Shown in pieces: positions 1 through 12,900 of a stretch of DNA of 64,000 nt. The stretch lies in assembly GCA_020631995.1 (NCBI GenBank), contig JACKGJ010000002.1:26773-90772 (forward strand), read 5' to 3'. Source of the stretch: Candidatus Nomurabacteria bacterium (GTDB taxonomy: Bacteria > Patescibacteriota > Minisyncoccia > Phycocordibacterales > UBA918). Each line of letters starts with the position of its first letter. Positions within the stretch are counted from its first letter, which is position 1. The position numbers were made by a program, and so were the translations under genes. Below the pieces are notes generated by a model. The model searched no databases. It saw nothing but the letters and a program-made list of their open reading frames with translations, and was not told the DNA's origin.

Positions 1-445
1 CGGAACGTTCACCGCTCCGCATCAGCTTAGTGGCTTCGCTGATTGAGTTTCCTGGACCAGAGTTTAAAGACCCTCGCCCGCTGTTGCTACTTGTCTGACC
101 CATTTCAGCCCTGAGTTTATTGATTCGCTCTTCTGCTTGTTTTTTCAACTCCTCTAGTTGTTCCTTATTTTTGTCACGCAATTCTTGCAACTGCTGCTTT
201 TGCTGCTCACTTAACTCGTCTAGGTCTGCTTTGTTTTGTGCACGCATCTCATTAATGCGAGCACGAGCCTCTTCCAGGCGTTGTTTGATTTGCTCCTTTG
301 CTTCAATACTTAGACTTGAGCCCACAGTGTCGTCAGATGAGTCTTCAGCATTAGCGGTTTGTACAAACGCTAATGCAAAAAAAGCAGATATTATAAAACC
401 TATTAATATAGAGATCGTTAGTTTGTGCGTAGTGGCGTTTAACAT
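1..445 (-). CDS. hypothetical secreted coiled-coil protein, N-terminal part only (gene runs off the left window edge)
   Basis: Absent from the ORF track because it has no in-window stop. The reverse complement from ATG (CAT 443-445) reads MLNATTHKLTISILIGFIISAFFALAFVQTANAEDSSDD..., a signal-peptide-like h-region with an AxA site. K/E/Q-rich heptad-like text follows (KEQIKQRLEEARARINEMRAQNKADLDELSEQQKQQLQELRDKNKEQLEELKKQAEERINKLRAEMG) and stays open to nt 1. The + strand ORF 120-494 is its C/S-rich antisense shadow. Confidence 0.55.
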   Translation of the reverse strand, partial: MLNATTHKLTISILIGFIISAFFALAFVQTANAEDSSDDTVGSSLSIEAKEQIKQRLEEARARINEMRAQNKADLDELSEQQKQQLQELRDKNKEQLEELKKQAEERINKLRAEMGQTSSNSGRGSLNSGPGNSISEATKLMRSGERS

Positions 446-628
446 TTTTGTTTTTGTAAGTCTAATAAAAAGAATAAAGGCCCGCCCCAGATAGGGACGG
501 ACCTCCAACACGATCATATTAACCTATAATTACTCAGATTAAGTTGATGGGTGTGGACAGGTATTTTGAAGTGTACTGAGTTTTTCTTATATACAGGTCA
601 GCTAATATGTGTTAATAATACTGCCACT

Positions 629-1597
629 ATGTTTGTAGATGAAATAACTATAAAAGCTAAGGCTGGCGACGGTGGCGACGGTGTCGCTCGTTGGAGACAG
701 GAAAAATTTAAGCCACACGGTGGCCCAGCTGGAGGTAATGGTGGAAGAGGAGGAAGCGTCTATGTACGTGCTGTTCGTGATTTGTCTCTACTCTCTAAGT
801 ACACTGGATCTAAGGTATTTAAGGCTAAGGATGGCGAACAGGGACGTAGTCTTAGTCAACATGGTCACGCCTCAGAGGACCTCTATATAGACGTCCCCGT
901 CGGGTCTCGTGTCACTGACCTTGGTAGAGAACGTACTGTGGAATTAGTGGAAGAGGGACAAACCGAGAAGATATTAGAGGGTGGTCGTGGGGGACTTGGA
1001 AATGAATATTTTAAGTCATCAGTCAATCGGACTCCGATGCAAACGACTCTTGGCAAAAAGGGAGAAGAGGGAGATTTCCTAATTGAGCTTGCTCTCGTGG
1101 TGGATGTTGGACTGATTGGTAAGCCAAATGCTGGAAAGTCTACATTACTTAATGCAATGACTAACGCTCGTTCAGCAATAGGTGACTATCCTTTCACCAC
1201 ATTAGAACCACACCTAGGAGATATGTACGGATTTGTCTTAGCAGATATTCCGGGGCTTATTGAGGGTGCTTCTGAAGGAAAAGGTCTGGGTCATAAATTT
1301 TTAAAGCATATTTCTAAGACGAAAATGCTCCTACATCTGGTTTCTTTAGAGGAGGAAGACCCAAAGGAAGCGTATTATACAATTTTGAAAGAGCTATCTG
1401 CCTATGATAAAACTGTAGCTGATAAAGAAACTTGGATTATATTTACTAAAAAAGACCTTGTTTCTCAACATAAAATAGACGAGGTACTAGAGAGTATTGA
1501 CACACCTGAAAATCGTGTGTTTGTAATATCAACTTTTGACTCAGAAAGTGTCAAATTGCTACAAGATTCACTCACTAAAAATCTTCGAGACAAATAA
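629..1597 (+). CDS. obg: GTPase Obg/CgtA (short form, no C-terminal extension)
   Basis: Lies in track ORF 551-1597. The conserved Obg N-terminus MFVDEITIKAKAGDGGDG...GGNGGRGG begins at ATG 629. GTPase motifs present: GKPNAGKST (G1), DIPG (G3), TKKD (G4). Confidence 0.9.
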   Translation: MFVDEITIKAKAGDGGDGVARWRQEKFKPHGGPAGGNGGRGGSVYVRAVRDLSLLSKYTGSKVFKAKDGEQGRSLSQHGHASEDLYIDVPVGSRVTDLGRERTVELVEEGQTEKILEGGRGGLGNEYFKSSVNRTPMQTTLGKKGEEGDFLIELALVVDVGLIGKPNAGKSTLLNAMTNARSAIGDYPFTTLEPHLGDMYGFVLADIPGLIEGASEGKGLGHKFLKHISKTKMLLHLVSLEEEDPKEAYYTILKELSAYDKTVADKETWIIFTKKDLVSQHKIDEVLESIDTPENRVFVISTFDSESVKLLQDSLTKNLRDK

Positions 1598-1651
1598 AAA
1601 CACAAAGACCCTTGTGTTCAGAAGTGCCAAAAGGTACTATAAGTGTCAATT

Positions 1652-3097
1652 ATGAGCACTTACAAACCAACAATTGGAATCGAGGTCCACGCCGAATTGA
1701 ACACAAAAAGTAAAATGTTCTGTTCGTGCAAGAACGATCCACATTCAAGTCAACCCAACACTAATATATGTGCAGTGTGTTTGGCTCATCCGGGAACGTT
1801 GCCACGTGTTAATTCAGAGGCTATTAAAAAAGTTTTAATTTTAGGTAAAGCAATTAATGGAGAGATTGCTGACTTTAGCGAATTCGACAGAAAACAGTAT
1901 TTTTATCCAGATATACCAAAAGCTTATCAGCTCAGTCAGTACGCATATCCTTTTGTTAAGGGAGGGAAGTTGGCAGGAGTAGAAATAACGAGGGTCCATC
2001 TAGAGGAAGATACGGCCCGAAGCGCACATACTAATGCAAATGATACTGAGCTTAATGCAAGTGGACATAGTGCAGTAGATTTCAACAGGGCAGGAGTACC
2101 ACTTATGGAGTTGGTTACAGAGCCAGTAATTCATGATGCGAACACTGCCTCTGATTTTGTTAAAGAACTACAACTCTTGCTTCGTACCCTAGGGATATCC
2201 GAGGCAAATATGGAGAAGGGTGAGATGAGAGTGGAGGCTAACATATCAATTAGTGCCACAGATCAGCTCGGAACCAAGGTAGAAGTAAAAAACCTTAATT
2301 CTTTCAAAGCTATGGCTCAGGCGATTGATTTTGAGATATCTCGTCAAGCCGAGATGTTGGACAAAAATATGCCTATAAAGCAGGAAACTCGCGGCTGGGA
2401 TGAAAATAAGTCTCGTACATTTTCACAAAGATCTAAGGAAAAGGCAGACGAATATCGTTATTTTCCTGACCCTGATATACCGAAATTCAAAATTTCTGAG
2501 ATTTCTTCATTTGGTCCAGAGAGTTTATCCAGCGCTATCCGAGATACGCCTGAGAATATAAGGAATAAGTACCGAGATATCGGTTTGACGGAAATACAGA
2601 CAGAAACTTTACTTCTGAATCCTGCACTGAGGAGCTTCTTTGAAATAGGTTTTGCTGATATACAAAGTGAAGTAAAAGGTGAAGAAGCAAGAATGGCTGC
2701 AAACTACCTAACCTCAGACGTATTAGGTCTACTGTCTACAAAAGACGAGACTTCGTTGAGCACAGAAGCCGTAGCAGGCTTCGTAAAGCTAATTGTGATG
2801 CTTCAGAAAGGGGAGATTGGCTCAAGAGTGGCTAAAGACCTACTTCCTCAGGTGCTTTTTGATCTAAAGGACCCAGAAATAATCGCAAAAGAGCAAGGTT
2901 TATTGCAATTGTCTTCTTCAGATGACCTGAAAGCCGTAATAGACAATGTTATTGAAAACAATCCGAAGGTTGTGGATGATTATAAAGCTGGAAAGGAGGC
3001 CTCTGTGCAGTATTTGGTTGGCCAGGCTATGAAAGAAACAAAGGGTTCAGCTAATCCGGCTGTCTTGCTTACCCTCTTTAAAGAAGCTTTGAAGTAA
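1652..3097 (+). CDS. gatB: Asp/Glu-tRNA(Asn/Gln) amidotransferase subunit B
   Basis: PTIGIEVHAELNTKSKMFCSCKN, CAVCLAHPGTLP, and a C-terminal GatB/YqeY domain (YLVGQAMKETKGSANP). ATG 1652 is preferred; GTG 1643 is the track alternative. Confidence 0.9.
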   Translation: MSTYKPTIGIEVHAELNTKSKMFCSCKNDPHSSQPNTNICAVCLAHPGTLPRVNSEAIKKVLILGKAINGEIADFSEFDRKQYFYPDIPKAYQLSQYAYPFVKGGKLAGVEITRVHLEEDTARSAHTNANDTELNASGHSAVDFNRAGVPLMELVTEPVIHDANTASDFVKELQLLLRTLGISEANMEKGEMRVEANISISATDQLGTKVEVKNLNSFKAMAQAIDFEISRQAEMLDKNMPIKQETRGWDENKSRTFSQRSKEKADEYRYFPDPDIPKFKISEISSFGPESLSSAIRDTPENIRNKYRDIGLTEIQTETLLLNPALRSFFEIGFADIQSEVKGEEARMAANYLTSDVLGLLSTKDETSLSTEAVAGFVKLIVMLQKGEIGSRVAKDLLPQVLFDLKDPEIIAKEQGLLQLSSSDDLKAVIDNVIENNPKVVDDYKAGKEASVQYLVGQAMKETKGSANPAVLLTLFKEALK

Positions 3098-3167
3098 GGT
3101 TTAGTTATACACAGTTAGCGGTAGTACAACGGACTACACTTGGTCCTTAATGTTATATAATTGGGCT

Positions 3168-3914
3168 ATGGAAGAAATCTCGGTTAACGGAGAAAACTAC
3201 GTAAAAGCTAGTGTATTAGCCAAGAATTTTGGCTACACCCCAGATTATATCGGACAACTCTGTCGATCCGAGCAAGTTAAGTGCACCCTGGTTGGCCGTA
3301 GTTGGTATGTTAATGAGGACTCACTCCGTGAACACAGGAAGGGTCGCTACCGAAGTAGCTCTGCCAAATCTAAGGAGCATTTGCGTAAGGCTGTAGTTAA
3401 TCAGTCATCCACAATACCTCAGTCAAAATCTTCATCTTCGTTGAAGTACGAAACAGATGAGAGGGAACTTTTTCCAGTATTAAGCAAAGCTGAAGAAAGA
3501 CATATCGATGATTCCACTGAGGATAGACTAGTATCAAATGTGGCTATAAATAAGCCTATATCGATAGCATCAGTACAAAACGAGGTTAGTACCACAGTAT
3601 CAGGGAATACCTTGGCAATACGTCGTCCTGCGCCCGTTTTACGTACTATCCCAGCCCTGCGATCCACCAAGAGCCCTATAAGAGCTAAACAGACTCCCGT
3701 ATCAAGCAAAAGTGTGTCTGTGACGAGTCGAGTGTCTACAGTGGGTACGTTCGCATTATTCTTAGGACTACTGTTAGTGGAATCAGTGCTACTGTTTGGA
3801 GTCTTGGGCTTAGAAAAGCGTCTTGTCTCTGCAGACAGTAATCAGGCTATGGTTTTGTATGGATTTGATGCAGAAAAGGTCATAGATACAGTAAGACAAA
3901 CATTTCAAAAATAA
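3168..3914 (+). CDS. membrane-tethered protein with N-terminal excisionase/MerR-like HTH and C-terminal TM helix
   Basis: Track ORF 3150-3914. HTH-like text: YVKASVLAKNFGYTPDYIGQLCRSEQVKCTLVGRSWYVNEDSL. An S/T/P-rich linker follows, then TM VGTFALFLGLLLVESVLLFGVLGL. A perfect TATAAT at 3156-3161 lies 6 nt before ATG 3168, so 3168 (MEEISVNG...) is preferred over ATG 3150. The N-terminal module is paralogous to that of the downstream giant ORF. Confidence 0.7.
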   Translation: MEEISVNGENYVKASVLAKNFGYTPDYIGQLCRSEQVKCTLVGRSWYVNEDSLREHRKGRYRSSSAKSKEHLRKAVVNQSSTIPQSKSSSSLKYETDERELFPVLSKAEERHIDDSTEDRLVSNVAINKPISIASVQNEVSTTVSGNTLAIRRPAPVLRTIPALRSTKSPIRAKQTPVSSKSVSVTSRVSTVGTFALFLGLLLVESVLLFGVLGLEKRLVSADSNQAMVLYGFDAEKVIDTVRQTFQK

Positions 3915-3935
3915 AATTATAAAAGTATAAAAGAT

Positions 3936-3959
3936 ATCCCCACATTGGGGATTTTTTTT
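3936..3959 (+). terminator. intrinsic terminator
   Basis: ATCCCC-acatt-GGGGAT hairpin followed by T8. Confidence 0.8.
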
Positions 3960-3993
3960 ATAAATTTATTCTGACATTACTATACAATTACTA

Positions 3994-6900
3994 GTGATGT
4001 CAGATAGTACAGAGCCTTCAGGCGTAGCCGCTTTGAAATCTAAAAAATTTCTTTCCGTCAAAGAGGCGGCTTCTGTTTCTTCTTATACTACTGCCCACAT
4101 AACTAGACTCGCTCAGAAGGGATTAGTCGAGGCTAAACGTGATGGTCGTCAATGGTTGATTGACCCTATTTCTCTCCAAAAATTCGTACTGGAAACAGAA
4201 GAAAAAAAGAAAGTCAGAAAGGAACAATTACGAAAGGAACGAGTGGAGGAATTACATTCTTCTAACGTTGGACAATCTTTAGACGATTCCGAGGAGAGTT
4301 TTTCTATTTTTGATTTTCAAACAGCTGTTATATCTACAGCTTTCACAGTATGTGTTGCTTTACTGTTTTCCTTAGGTGGCGCTTATGGTCAGGATGAATC
4401 AGTGGTTGCTGGTAGTACAGTAGTGTCAGGGGTAGAGAAAATGTCTAATGATTTTAAAGATAGAGTATTTCCTCGCACACGTGATCTGACAGCGACTACA
4501 CTCTTGTCTGCTCCGATTGCTAATTACTCAGGAAAAGTATTGGGATGGTTGTGGTGTGACTTTAAATTACTTTGGTACAAAAACGATAGTTGTGGTGCTC
4601 CACCTATCGAGTATGCCATTGTTCCTAGTGTAAATAATGAGGACTCTAAGGTTGAGACCAAAAATGAAAATGATGTAATTGTGTACAACACTTACATCAC
4701 TAATCCTATAGATAGAGAAGTTGTAGAGCGAGAAATTGTTCGCGAAATTTTCGTTCAGGGAGGTGAGCTCTCCTCTTTTGTCGCATATGTAACTCGCACT
4801 GAATACAATAATCAGGTCGACGCCATAATGCGCTCCATCGAAAATATCGATACTAGTAATAGTGGCGGCGGCGGAGGTGGTACTAGCAATGTCTCTTCTC
4901 TAGAGGATTTGTCAGACGTTGCTTCAATGACTGAGGCTGTTGGTAATTTGTTAGTTTGGACCGGTTCTTCTTGGTCCAACATCGCTACCTCCTCCTTGGG
5001 AATTGTGGGCACTGGTGCTGTCGACTCAGTCAACGGTCAAATCGGCGTAGTAGTACTAGACACTGGAGACATTTCAGAAAACGGTAATCTATACTTCACT
5101 GATGCACGTGCTCGCTCCACTTTATCCTCTACGGCTACTGGTCTTTCATACACTACTTCAACTGGTGTATTTAGTTTGACCAGTGGTTATGTCATCCCAT
5201 TCTCAGCTTCAACTACGCAGTGGGCTAACACTACCAACCTAGTTAACGCATCAAGTTCATCTTGGACTACTGCCTTCAATACCATCAACGCTTCTTCAAC
5301 CTTCTGGGACACTGCATACAGTTGGGGAGATCACAGTCTCGCAGGATACTTAAGCAACATTACTGGTGAATCAGTAGAAAGTCTTTCTGACGTTGCTTCA
5401 ATGACTCAAGCGACTGGTGACCTTCTGTATTGGACCGGTTCTGCTTGGAGTAACATTGCCACTTCTTCGTTGGGAATTTCCGGAGGGGGTGCAGTAGATT
5501 CTGTAAACGGTCAAACTGGCGTAGTGGTACTAGATACTGGAGACATTACAGAAAACGGTAATCTATACTTCACTAACGCTCGAGCTGATGCTCGTATTGC
5601 AGCTGGTACTTCCACTATCCGCAATATGCTCTCCGGCACATCCTCAATCGTATACAACGCTTCAACTGGTGAAATCTCATTCAACAATCCTGGATACATC
5701 ACCGGTACTGCTTGGGGAGATATTACTGGCACACTCTCTAATCAAACAGACCTCCAATTAGCTCTAGACGCTAAACTATCTACCACTACCGCAGCCAGTA
5801 CATACTACCTGGCTTCAAACCCAGCTGGATATACCACTAACACTGGTACTGTTACCTCTGTTGGCCTCACTCTACCAACTGGACTATCTGTGACTGGTTC
5901 ACCAATCACTACTTCAGGTGCATTGGCTGTTACTCTCACTAGTGGTTATGTTATTCCGCTTTCAGCTTCAACTACCGAGTGGTCAACCGCTTATGGTTGG
6001 GGAGATCACAGTCTTGCTGGTTATCTAACCTCAATCACTGGACAATCACTTGAAGACCTTAGTGATGTCGCTTCAATGACTCAAACATCTGGTGACCTTC
6101 TTTCTTGGAACGGTTCAAGCTGGACTAATGTTGCAACCTCATCCCTCGGCTTTGTTGCCACTGAATCCGATCCAATCTTCACTGCCTCAACTGCCTTCGG
6201 TATTGATAACACTGACGTAACTAACTGGAATACCGCTTACGCTTCAACCACCGCCCTCACTCCTTCATACATCCGCAACCTATTCTCTAACTCAGCTACC
6301 GGCCTCACATACAATTCATCTACCGGAGCTACTTCACTAACCGCTGGATACAGTATTCCACTCACAGCTTCAACTACTGCTTGGAACAACACTACCAACC
6401 TAGTTAACGCATCAAGTTCATCTTGGACTACTGCCTTCAATACCATCAACGCATCTTCAACCTTCTGGGACACTGCATACAGTTGGGGGAATCACGGTAT
6501 TGTTGGTTACCTAACCACTGTTGATATTAGTGATAATACTAACTTAGCTGGTGACACTGAGATTGTCCTCACTGGAGACACTCTATCAATCGCTTCATCT
6601 ATCACTCGTGATGCTGAAATAGATACAGAGTCTGAACTAGAGGCCTTCCTCACGGACGTCACTAACATCTTCACTAACAATGATGGTGCACTTAATGACG
6701 ATGACCTCTCAGATAACACCACCACTGACCTAGCAGAAGGCACTAACCAATACTTCACCACCTCACGGGCTCGCTCTGCTCTCTCTGCTGGTGCCGGCAT
6801 TACCTACGCTACCTCTACCGGTATTATTGCCTTGAATGCCACCGGCGACTGGACTGGCACCTTTGACGGTCAAGAAGGTACATACTACCTATCACGTGCT

Positions 6901-9900
6901 AACCACACCGGTACACAACTAGCATCAACTATCTCTGACTTCGCTACCGCAGCTGATGCTCGTATTGCAGCTGGTACTTCCACCATCCGCAATATGCTCT
7001 CTGCTGGCACAGGACTTTCATACAACTCTGGCACTGGACAGTTCACTAACACCGGCGTGCTTTCAATCGGAGGATTGACTGGGGCAATTGCTACCTCATC
7101 TCTCCACGTTGCTACTTCCACATACGCTTTCACTGCTGGTACTTCATCAGTTGCTCTGGCACTTGATGGATTTAACTCAAACGATTATCTAACCCTCGCT
7201 GCTTGGAACGCCACTACCACTGACGCACTTGATGAAGGTTCATCTAATCTATACTTCACTAACGCTCGAGCTCGTGAGTCTCTTTCATCATCAGCTACTG
7301 GTCTTTCATACGCTACTTCAACTGGTGTATTTAGTTTGACCAGTGGTTATGTCATCCCACTCTCAGCCTCTACCACTGCTTGGACAAACTTCTATAACAC
7401 TCCATCAACTCGTATCACTGCTGGTACTAACATCGACTGGACAGGGAATACACTAAACATAGACACTGACCTTGCTAACTACAACAACACCAGCACTGCT
7501 TTCATTGACTTAACAGACCTCTCTTCACTAGCCACCGGCCTCACATACAACAACACCAACGGCCAGTTCTCATTAACTAGTGGATACAACATCCCACTCA
7601 CAGCCAGCACAACCAACTGGAACAACACATACAACACCGTCACAGCAAACAGTGCTTCTTGGGACGCAGCCGCTGCCTCAACCACCGCCCTCACTCCTTC
7701 ATACATCCGCAACCTATTCTCTAACTCAGCTACCGGCCTCACATACAATTCATCTACCGGAGCTACTTCACTAACCGCTGGATACAGTATTCCACTCACA
7801 GCTTCAACTACTGAGTGGTCTAACAAAGTCTCAAGTCAATGGACTACATCAGGTTCAAACATCTACTACAACGCTGGGAAAGTGGGGATAGGGACGACTA
7901 CTCCAACTGAGTCATTACATGTATATGGTTCTGGTAACCAACGCATGATGGTTGAAACTAGTGATGATGGGTCAGCTCAATTTCGTCTTAAAAATTCCAA
8001 TACAGAATGGCACTTTGAAGCATGGAATAACGCTTTTAATTTTGTTGAAACTTATGCAGGCAACAGACTCACTATCTTAGAAGGTGGCAATGTTGGTATT
8101 GGAACAACGACTCCAGGTAGTCTCTTGACGGTCGCCGGAACTGCTAACATTACCGGCGCCACCACACTCTCATCAACCCTTAACGTCACCGGCAACACCA
8201 CTCTTGCTAACGCCTCTTCAACTAACTTCACTGTTTCCGGTAACAGCTACCTCGGTGTAGTCACCAGTGGTACTTGGAACGGCACCGCCATCGACATCTC
8301 TTCATACACCAACCTTGGCGTCACTGCTACTGGCCTTGAACTCTCAGGCGACGCTATTGTTCTATCAAGTGGATACAACATCCCACTCACAGCCAGCACA
8401 ACCAACTGGAACAACACATACAACACCGTCACAGCAAACAGTGCTTCTTGGGACGCAGCCGCTGCCTCAACCACCGCCCTCACTCCTTCATACATCCGCA
8501 ACCTATTCTCTAACTCAGCTACCGGCCTCACATACAATTCATCTACCGGAGCTACTTCACTAACTGCTGGATACAGTATTCCACTCACAGCTTCAACTAC
8601 TGCTTGGAACAACACTACCAACCTAGTTAACGCATCAAGTTCATCTTGGACTACTGCCTTCAATACCATCAACGCATCTTCAACCTTCTGGGACACTGCA
8701 TACAGTTGGGGGAATCACGGTATTGTTGGTTACCTAACCACTGTTGATATTAGTGACAACACCAACCTCTCCGTCACCGCCACTGGCCTCGAACTCTCAG
8801 GCGACGCTATTGTTCTATCAAGTGGATACACCATCCCACTCTCAGCCTCTACCACCGCTTGGACAAACTTCTATAACACTCCATCAACTCGTATCACTGC
8901 TGGTACTGGTCTTTCTTGGACAGGGAATACTTTGAACGCTTCTTCGTCTGCTGACATTAACTACTGGACACTTTCTGGTAGCAACGTCTACCGTACAACA
9001 GGGAATGTCGGTATTGGAACCTCTACTCCAAACAGCGCGCTGACTGTAGTGGGTAACACTTATCTATCAGGTAACTTAACAGCAAGTGGCACTCTAGCAG
9101 TAACCGGGACAGCTACCTCTACCTTTGCCGGTGGTATTGAAATTACTGGCGATATTATTCCATCAGCTGATGATGTTTATTCGTTAGGTTCATTGTCACG
9201 AGTGTGGCGCGACGTATACATTGGACCTGGTTCTTTGTATGTAAACGGAAAGAAGGTGATTCAAGATATTTCTGACACGATTACTATCTCAACTGACCCT
9301 GACCAAAACTTGATGTCACAAACTTCTGGAGTTGGTGTTATTACAATGCGCGCCACTGGTTCTGGAAATGCTAACGTTAATACTGGTTCTGGAAACATCA
9401 ACATCACCTCTACTTCCGGAAACGTTAATATCGGCACTTCTGGTTCTGGTCAGTTAAACTTCGGTACTGTAACTACTGGTGTTTGGCACGGCACCGACAT
9501 CGACGTCTCTGATTACACCAACCTCTCCGTCACCGCTACTGGCCTTGAACTCTCAGGCGACGCTATTGTTCTATCAAGTGGATACACCATCCCACTCTCA
9601 GCCTCTACCACTGCTTGGACAAACTTCTATAACACTCCATCAACTCGTATCACTGCTGGTACTAACATCGACTGGACAGGGAATACACTAAACATAGACA
9701 CTGACCTTGCTAACTACAACAACACCAGCACTGCTTTCATTGACTTAACAGACCTCTCTTCACTAGCCACCGGCCTCACATACAACAACACCAATGGCCA
9801 GTTCTCATTAACTAGTGGATACAACATCCCACTCACAGCCAGCACAACCAACTGGAACAACACATACAACACCGTCACAGCAAACAGTGCTTCTTGGGAC

Positions 9901-12900
9901 GCAGCCGCTGCCTCAACCACCGCCCTCACTCCTTCATACATCCGCAACCTATTCTCTAACTCAGCTACCGGCCTCACATACAATTCATCTACCGGAGCTA
10001 CTTCACTAACCGCTGGATACAGTATTCCACTCACAGCTTCAACTACTGCTTGGAACAACACTACCAACCTAGTTAACGCATCAAGTTCATCTTGGACTAC
10101 TGCCTTCAATACCATCAACGCATCTTCAACCTTCTGGGACACTGCATACAGTTGGGGGAATCACGGTATTGTTGGTTACCTAACCAACATTACTGGTGAA
10201 TCACTCGAAAACCTAAGTGATGTCGCTTCAATGACCCAAGCGACTGGTGACCTTCTTTCTTGGAACGGTGCAAACTGGACTAATGTTGCAACAAGCTCAC
10301 TTGGCTTTAATGACCACTCTTCAGTCACTCTCGCAGGTTCATACGATTACCTTACTCTCTCTGGTCAACAAATTACCTTAAATCAAATAGATCTTACCAC
10401 CGACGTCACTGGTGTCCTTCCTAACGCTAACGTGGCTGATGATATTACCCTTACCAACATTACCCAAATCACTAACCGCGCTATCAGCGACACTACCGGT
10501 ACTTTAACTGTTGCTCGTGGTGGTACAGGTGCCACCTCTCTCACCGGACTTCTGCTAGGAAATGGCACCAGTGCATTTACTGCTACCACTACATTATCTC
10601 AAGGCTACGGAGGAACAGGTATTGGCTCATACACTGCAGGAGATTTACTTTACGCAAACTCTAATGGCGCGCTAGAAAAACTGCCAATCGGTTCATCAGG
10701 ACAAGTATTGAAAGTCTCAGCTGGCTTGCCGTCATGGGGGGTAGATCAAACAGTGGGAGAGGGTGGAGGCGGAGGAGTCTGGGCAACCTCTACTGAATTT
10801 ATTTATCCTCAAAACACATCTAATAGAGTTGTGATCGGTAATAGTGCTACTTCAACTAATAATGCAATATTTGAAGTGACTGGTATCTCATACTTCTCAA
10901 ACAAAGTCGGCATCGGTGACACTAGCCCAACCTCGCTCTTCACTGTAGGTGCTGGAGATGCTTTCCAAGTCACGTCTCTTGGTGTTATTGCTTCTGGAAC
11001 TTGGAACGGCACCGATATCGACATCAGCGACTACACCAACCTCTCCGTCACCGCCACTGGCCTTGAACTCTCAGGCGACGCTATTGTTCTATCAAGTGGA
11101 TACAACATCCCACTCACAGCCAGCACAACCAACTGGAACAACACATACAACACCGTCACAGCAAACAGTGCTTCTTGGGACGCAGCCGCTGCCTCAACCA
11201 CCGCCCTCACTCCTTCATACATCCGCAACCTATTCTCTAACTCAGCTACCGGCCTCACATACAATTCATCTACCGGAGCTACTTCACTAACTGCTGGATA
11301 CAGTATTCCACTCACAGCTTCAACTACTGCTTGGAACAACACTACCAACCTAGTTAACGCATCAAGTTCATCTTGGACTACTGCCTTCAATACCATCAAC
11401 GCATCTTCAACCTTCTGGGACACTGCATACAGTTGGGGGAATCACGGTATTGTTGGTTACCTAACCACTGTTGATATTAGTGATAATACTAACTTAGCTG
11501 GTGACACTGAGATTGTCCTCACTGGAGACACTCTATCAATCGCTTCATCTATCACTCGTGATGCTGAAATAGATACAGAGTCTGAACTAGAGGCCTTCCT
11601 CACGGACGTCACTAACATCTTCACTAACAATGATGGTGCACTTAATGACGATGACCTCTCAGATAACACCACCACTGACCTAGCAGAAGGCACTAACCAA
11701 TACTTCACCACCTCACGGGCTCGCTCTGCTCTCTCTGCTGGTGCCGGCATTACCTACGCTACCTCTACCGGTATTATTGCCTTGAATGCCACCGGCGACT
11801 GGACTGGCACCTTTGACGGTCAAGAAGGTACATACTACCTATCACGTGCTAACCACACCGGTACACAACTAGCATCAACTATCTCTGACTTCGCTACCGC
11901 AGCTGATGCTCGTATTGCAGCTGGTACTTCCACCATCCGCAATATGCTCTCTGCTGGCACAGGACTTTCATACAACTCTGGCACTGGACAGTTCACTAAC
12001 ACCGGCGTGCTTTCAATCGGAGGATTGACTGGGGCAATTGCTACCTCATCTCTCCACGTTGCTACTTCCACATACGCTTTCACTGCTGGTACTTCATCAG
12101 TTGCTCTGGCACTTGATGGATTTAACTCAAACGATTATCTAACCCTCGCTGCTTGGAACGCCACTACCACTGACGCACTTGATGAAGGTTCATCTAATCT
12201 ATACTTCACTAACGCTCGAGCTCGTGAGTCTCTTTCATCATCAGCTACTGGTCTTTCATACGCTACTTCAACTGGTGTATTTAGTTTGACCAGTGGTTAT
12301 GTCATCCCACTCTCAGCCTCTACCACTGCTTGGACAAACTTCTATAACACTCCATCAACTCGTATCACTGCTGGTACTAACATCGACTGGACAGGGAATA
12401 CACTAAACATAGACACTGACCTTGCTAACTACAACAACACCAGCACTGCTTTCATTGACTTAACAGACCTCTCTTCACTAGCCACCGGCCTCACATACAA
12501 CAACACCAACGGCCAGTTCTCATTAACTAGTGGATACAACATCCCACTCACAGCCAGCACAACCAACTGGAACAACACATACAACACCGTCACAGCAAAC
12601 AGTGCTTCTTGGGACGCAGCCGCTGCCTCAACCACCGCCCTCACTCCTTCATACATCCGCAACCTATTCTCTAACTCAGCTACCGGCCTCACATACAATT
12701 CATCTACCGGAGCTACTTCACTAACTGCTGGATACAGTATTCCACTCACAGCTTCAACTACTGCTTGGAACAACACTACCAACCTAGTTAACGCATCAAG
12801 TTCATCTTGGACTACTGCCTTCAATACCATCAACGCATCTTCAACCTTCTGGGACACTGCATACAGTTGGGGGAATCACGGTATTGTTGGTTACCTAACC

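Noticed and set aside
120-494. 124-aa + strand ORF at the left edge.
   Set aside because: Its C/S/F-rich translation makes little sense. It is antisense to a much more convincing signal-peptide plus coiled-coil ORF that runs off the window (1-445, minus strand).
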